From: Penicillus capitatus
Lineage: Eukaryota; Plantae; Chlorophyta
NCBI GenBank assembly: GCA_965649825.1
Contig: OZ287697.1
Location: 707,635 to 771,634 of the forward strand
DNA length: 64,000 nucleotides
Reading direction: 5' to 3'
Positions 62,670 to 64,000 of the stretch are shown here, piece after piece (within the stretch, counting starts at the first letter, position 1; every line of letters begins with the position of its first letter). A model generated the notes under the pieces. It saw only the letters and a program-made list of their open reading frames with translations. It ran no database searches and had not been told where the DNA came from. The translations under genes were made by a program, and so were the position numbers.

Positions 62670-64000
62670 GGGAGGACAAGTAGATCAAACCAAGGTAAAG
62701 TGTCGCACGATAACACTCAGCAGTTTTGCATTCTTTGAACGGACAGACAAAGACAAGTCCGACATTCGGCGCCACTTCCGGGAATGGTGATTGCTTTTTA
62801 AGAGCACAGACAAGGAGGTTCTATAGACCGGTAGAAAAATAGATTCCCCCAAACCAGCGCAGAGCAAACTAAAAACCCAGCCAAGAAACGAATTTTATCA
62901 TCGACAGACAGAAAACAGATTGATTGGGTTCATCTGTTTGTGTAGAATGGCGCCTCCGGACATTCTTCGCGAGTGCGAATCGGAACCACGTTGCAGCCAC
63001 ATCCATCCAAAGAGGTGTCGTACCCTTCGTCGGTACAGCACCTCTCCAGGTTGGCCCCATTCCAATTCCATCTGGCACAGAAGACAGTCGTCATGGAGCA
63101 TTCTTTGGTAACGGTGCACCTGTCGGGGGCAGAACCGATGAACTTGTCTTCGGGATCGAGCGCTCTCACAGCACACCCGAAATCGCACCAGGTATCCTTG
63201 TAGTGCTCTGCGCCGTTCCAACATCCGGAATCCGGCCATCCGGCCTTGCCCCAGTGCAGACGACTAGGTGAACAGGCTTCGTCGTCCACGAGGTAAGCAA
63301 TCAGCTGCTTGAACGGCAAATTGCTGGATCTAGGTCTAGAAAGCACAACAATGTCAAAGAGAGTCGGTATCCGAACTGATCACCCACTCGCGATTGTAGT
63401 AAAAGAAGTCGACAAGTTGAAACCAGACGTATGCTCGGTCATACGCAACTGACAACAATCCACTCTCTTTTCCGACGAATCTGATAAGCAGAGGCTGTCG
63501 CAAAAATGTCCCGGCTGACAAATCCTCGGCTAGATTCAAAAGGCCGTCTATACACTCTGCTGCTTTTTCCAACGGCACACCGATTTCGTATTGGTCAATA
63601 GATCCCGGCTCATTCACACCCTCTGCAGGAGTTAGTAACTCCACTTCATGTGTTTCTCCGGTGACGTTTCCAAACAGAATCGATAACGAAGCTGGAGAAG
63701 ATTCGACAAGCGATGCTGTCAAATCCGGATCGCTTAGATTCAGATTTGGAGGAATCGGATCGGGGACGGTCCATTCGATACCATCAACAACATCGGAGCC
63801 AGATCCCCAGAAATGGAAACTGCTCGAATTGCTACGCTCTTCGTATTCTCTTACAGGAGTTGCTTGGTAGATCTCTAATCTGCGAGAGTTGCATGTCATT
63901 TCCGCATCGCCTTCTTCAACGTCTAGATTTTGGAGTGTCAAGCGCGTAAACTGCAGCTCCATCTTTAGCGGTATTCAGACGCGGGCATTTCTTACCGTGG
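62670..64000. repeat. Segmental duplication copy B
   Basis: Colinear with 50137-51467; continues past the window end. Confidence 0.95.
62930..64000 (-). CDS. ALO/GULO-like secreted oxidase, copy 2 (3' part only; 5' end beyond window)
   Basis: ORFs 62930-63346 and 63354-63962 are intact paralogs of 50397-50813 and 50821-51429 (RLHWGKAGWP, QPLLIRFVGKE). Confidence 0.9.

Noticed and set aside
1-64000. tRNA, rRNA or telomeric repeats
   Set aside because: Isolated GGTTCGA hits (about 25782, 27829, 58236) lack cloverleaf context. No rRNA signatures or TTTAGGG arrays were seen.

Overview
Eukaryotic nuclear DNA from an extremely gene-dense green alga (inference). Supporting signs: plastid and starch genes (CbbY, starch synthase), cycloeucalenol cycloisomerase, plant-type MSH1 with GIY-YIG, plant-type TOM5, TGTAA poly(A)-like signals, standard code, and introns of about 47-60 nt. 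The Pmp-repeat/multi-TM protein, trypsin and secreted oxidase genes are reminiscent of ulvophyte/Bryopsidales genomes, but the taxon cannot be fixed from sequence alone. Bases 1-48.6 kb are a housekeeping block of about 28 genes with almost no intergenic DNA. Bases 49.5-64 kb are an accessory block: a secreted ALO/GULO-like oxidase, a recent duplicate 12.5 kb away, a large adhesin-like membrane protein and decayed non-coding DNA. Most unusual signals: (1) an orientation-independent octamer GATGTGAC/GTCACATC seen about 27 times (about 2 expected), mostly in short introns and gene 5' regions; (2) an ~800-bp multi-hairpin element present twice; (3) near-perfect strand alternation, with divergent ATGs often 65 nt apart or less; (4) an RPB12 ORF starting 1 nt after the MSH1 stop; (5) frequent GC-AG and GTC-donor introns. 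All exon structures and counts were made by eye.
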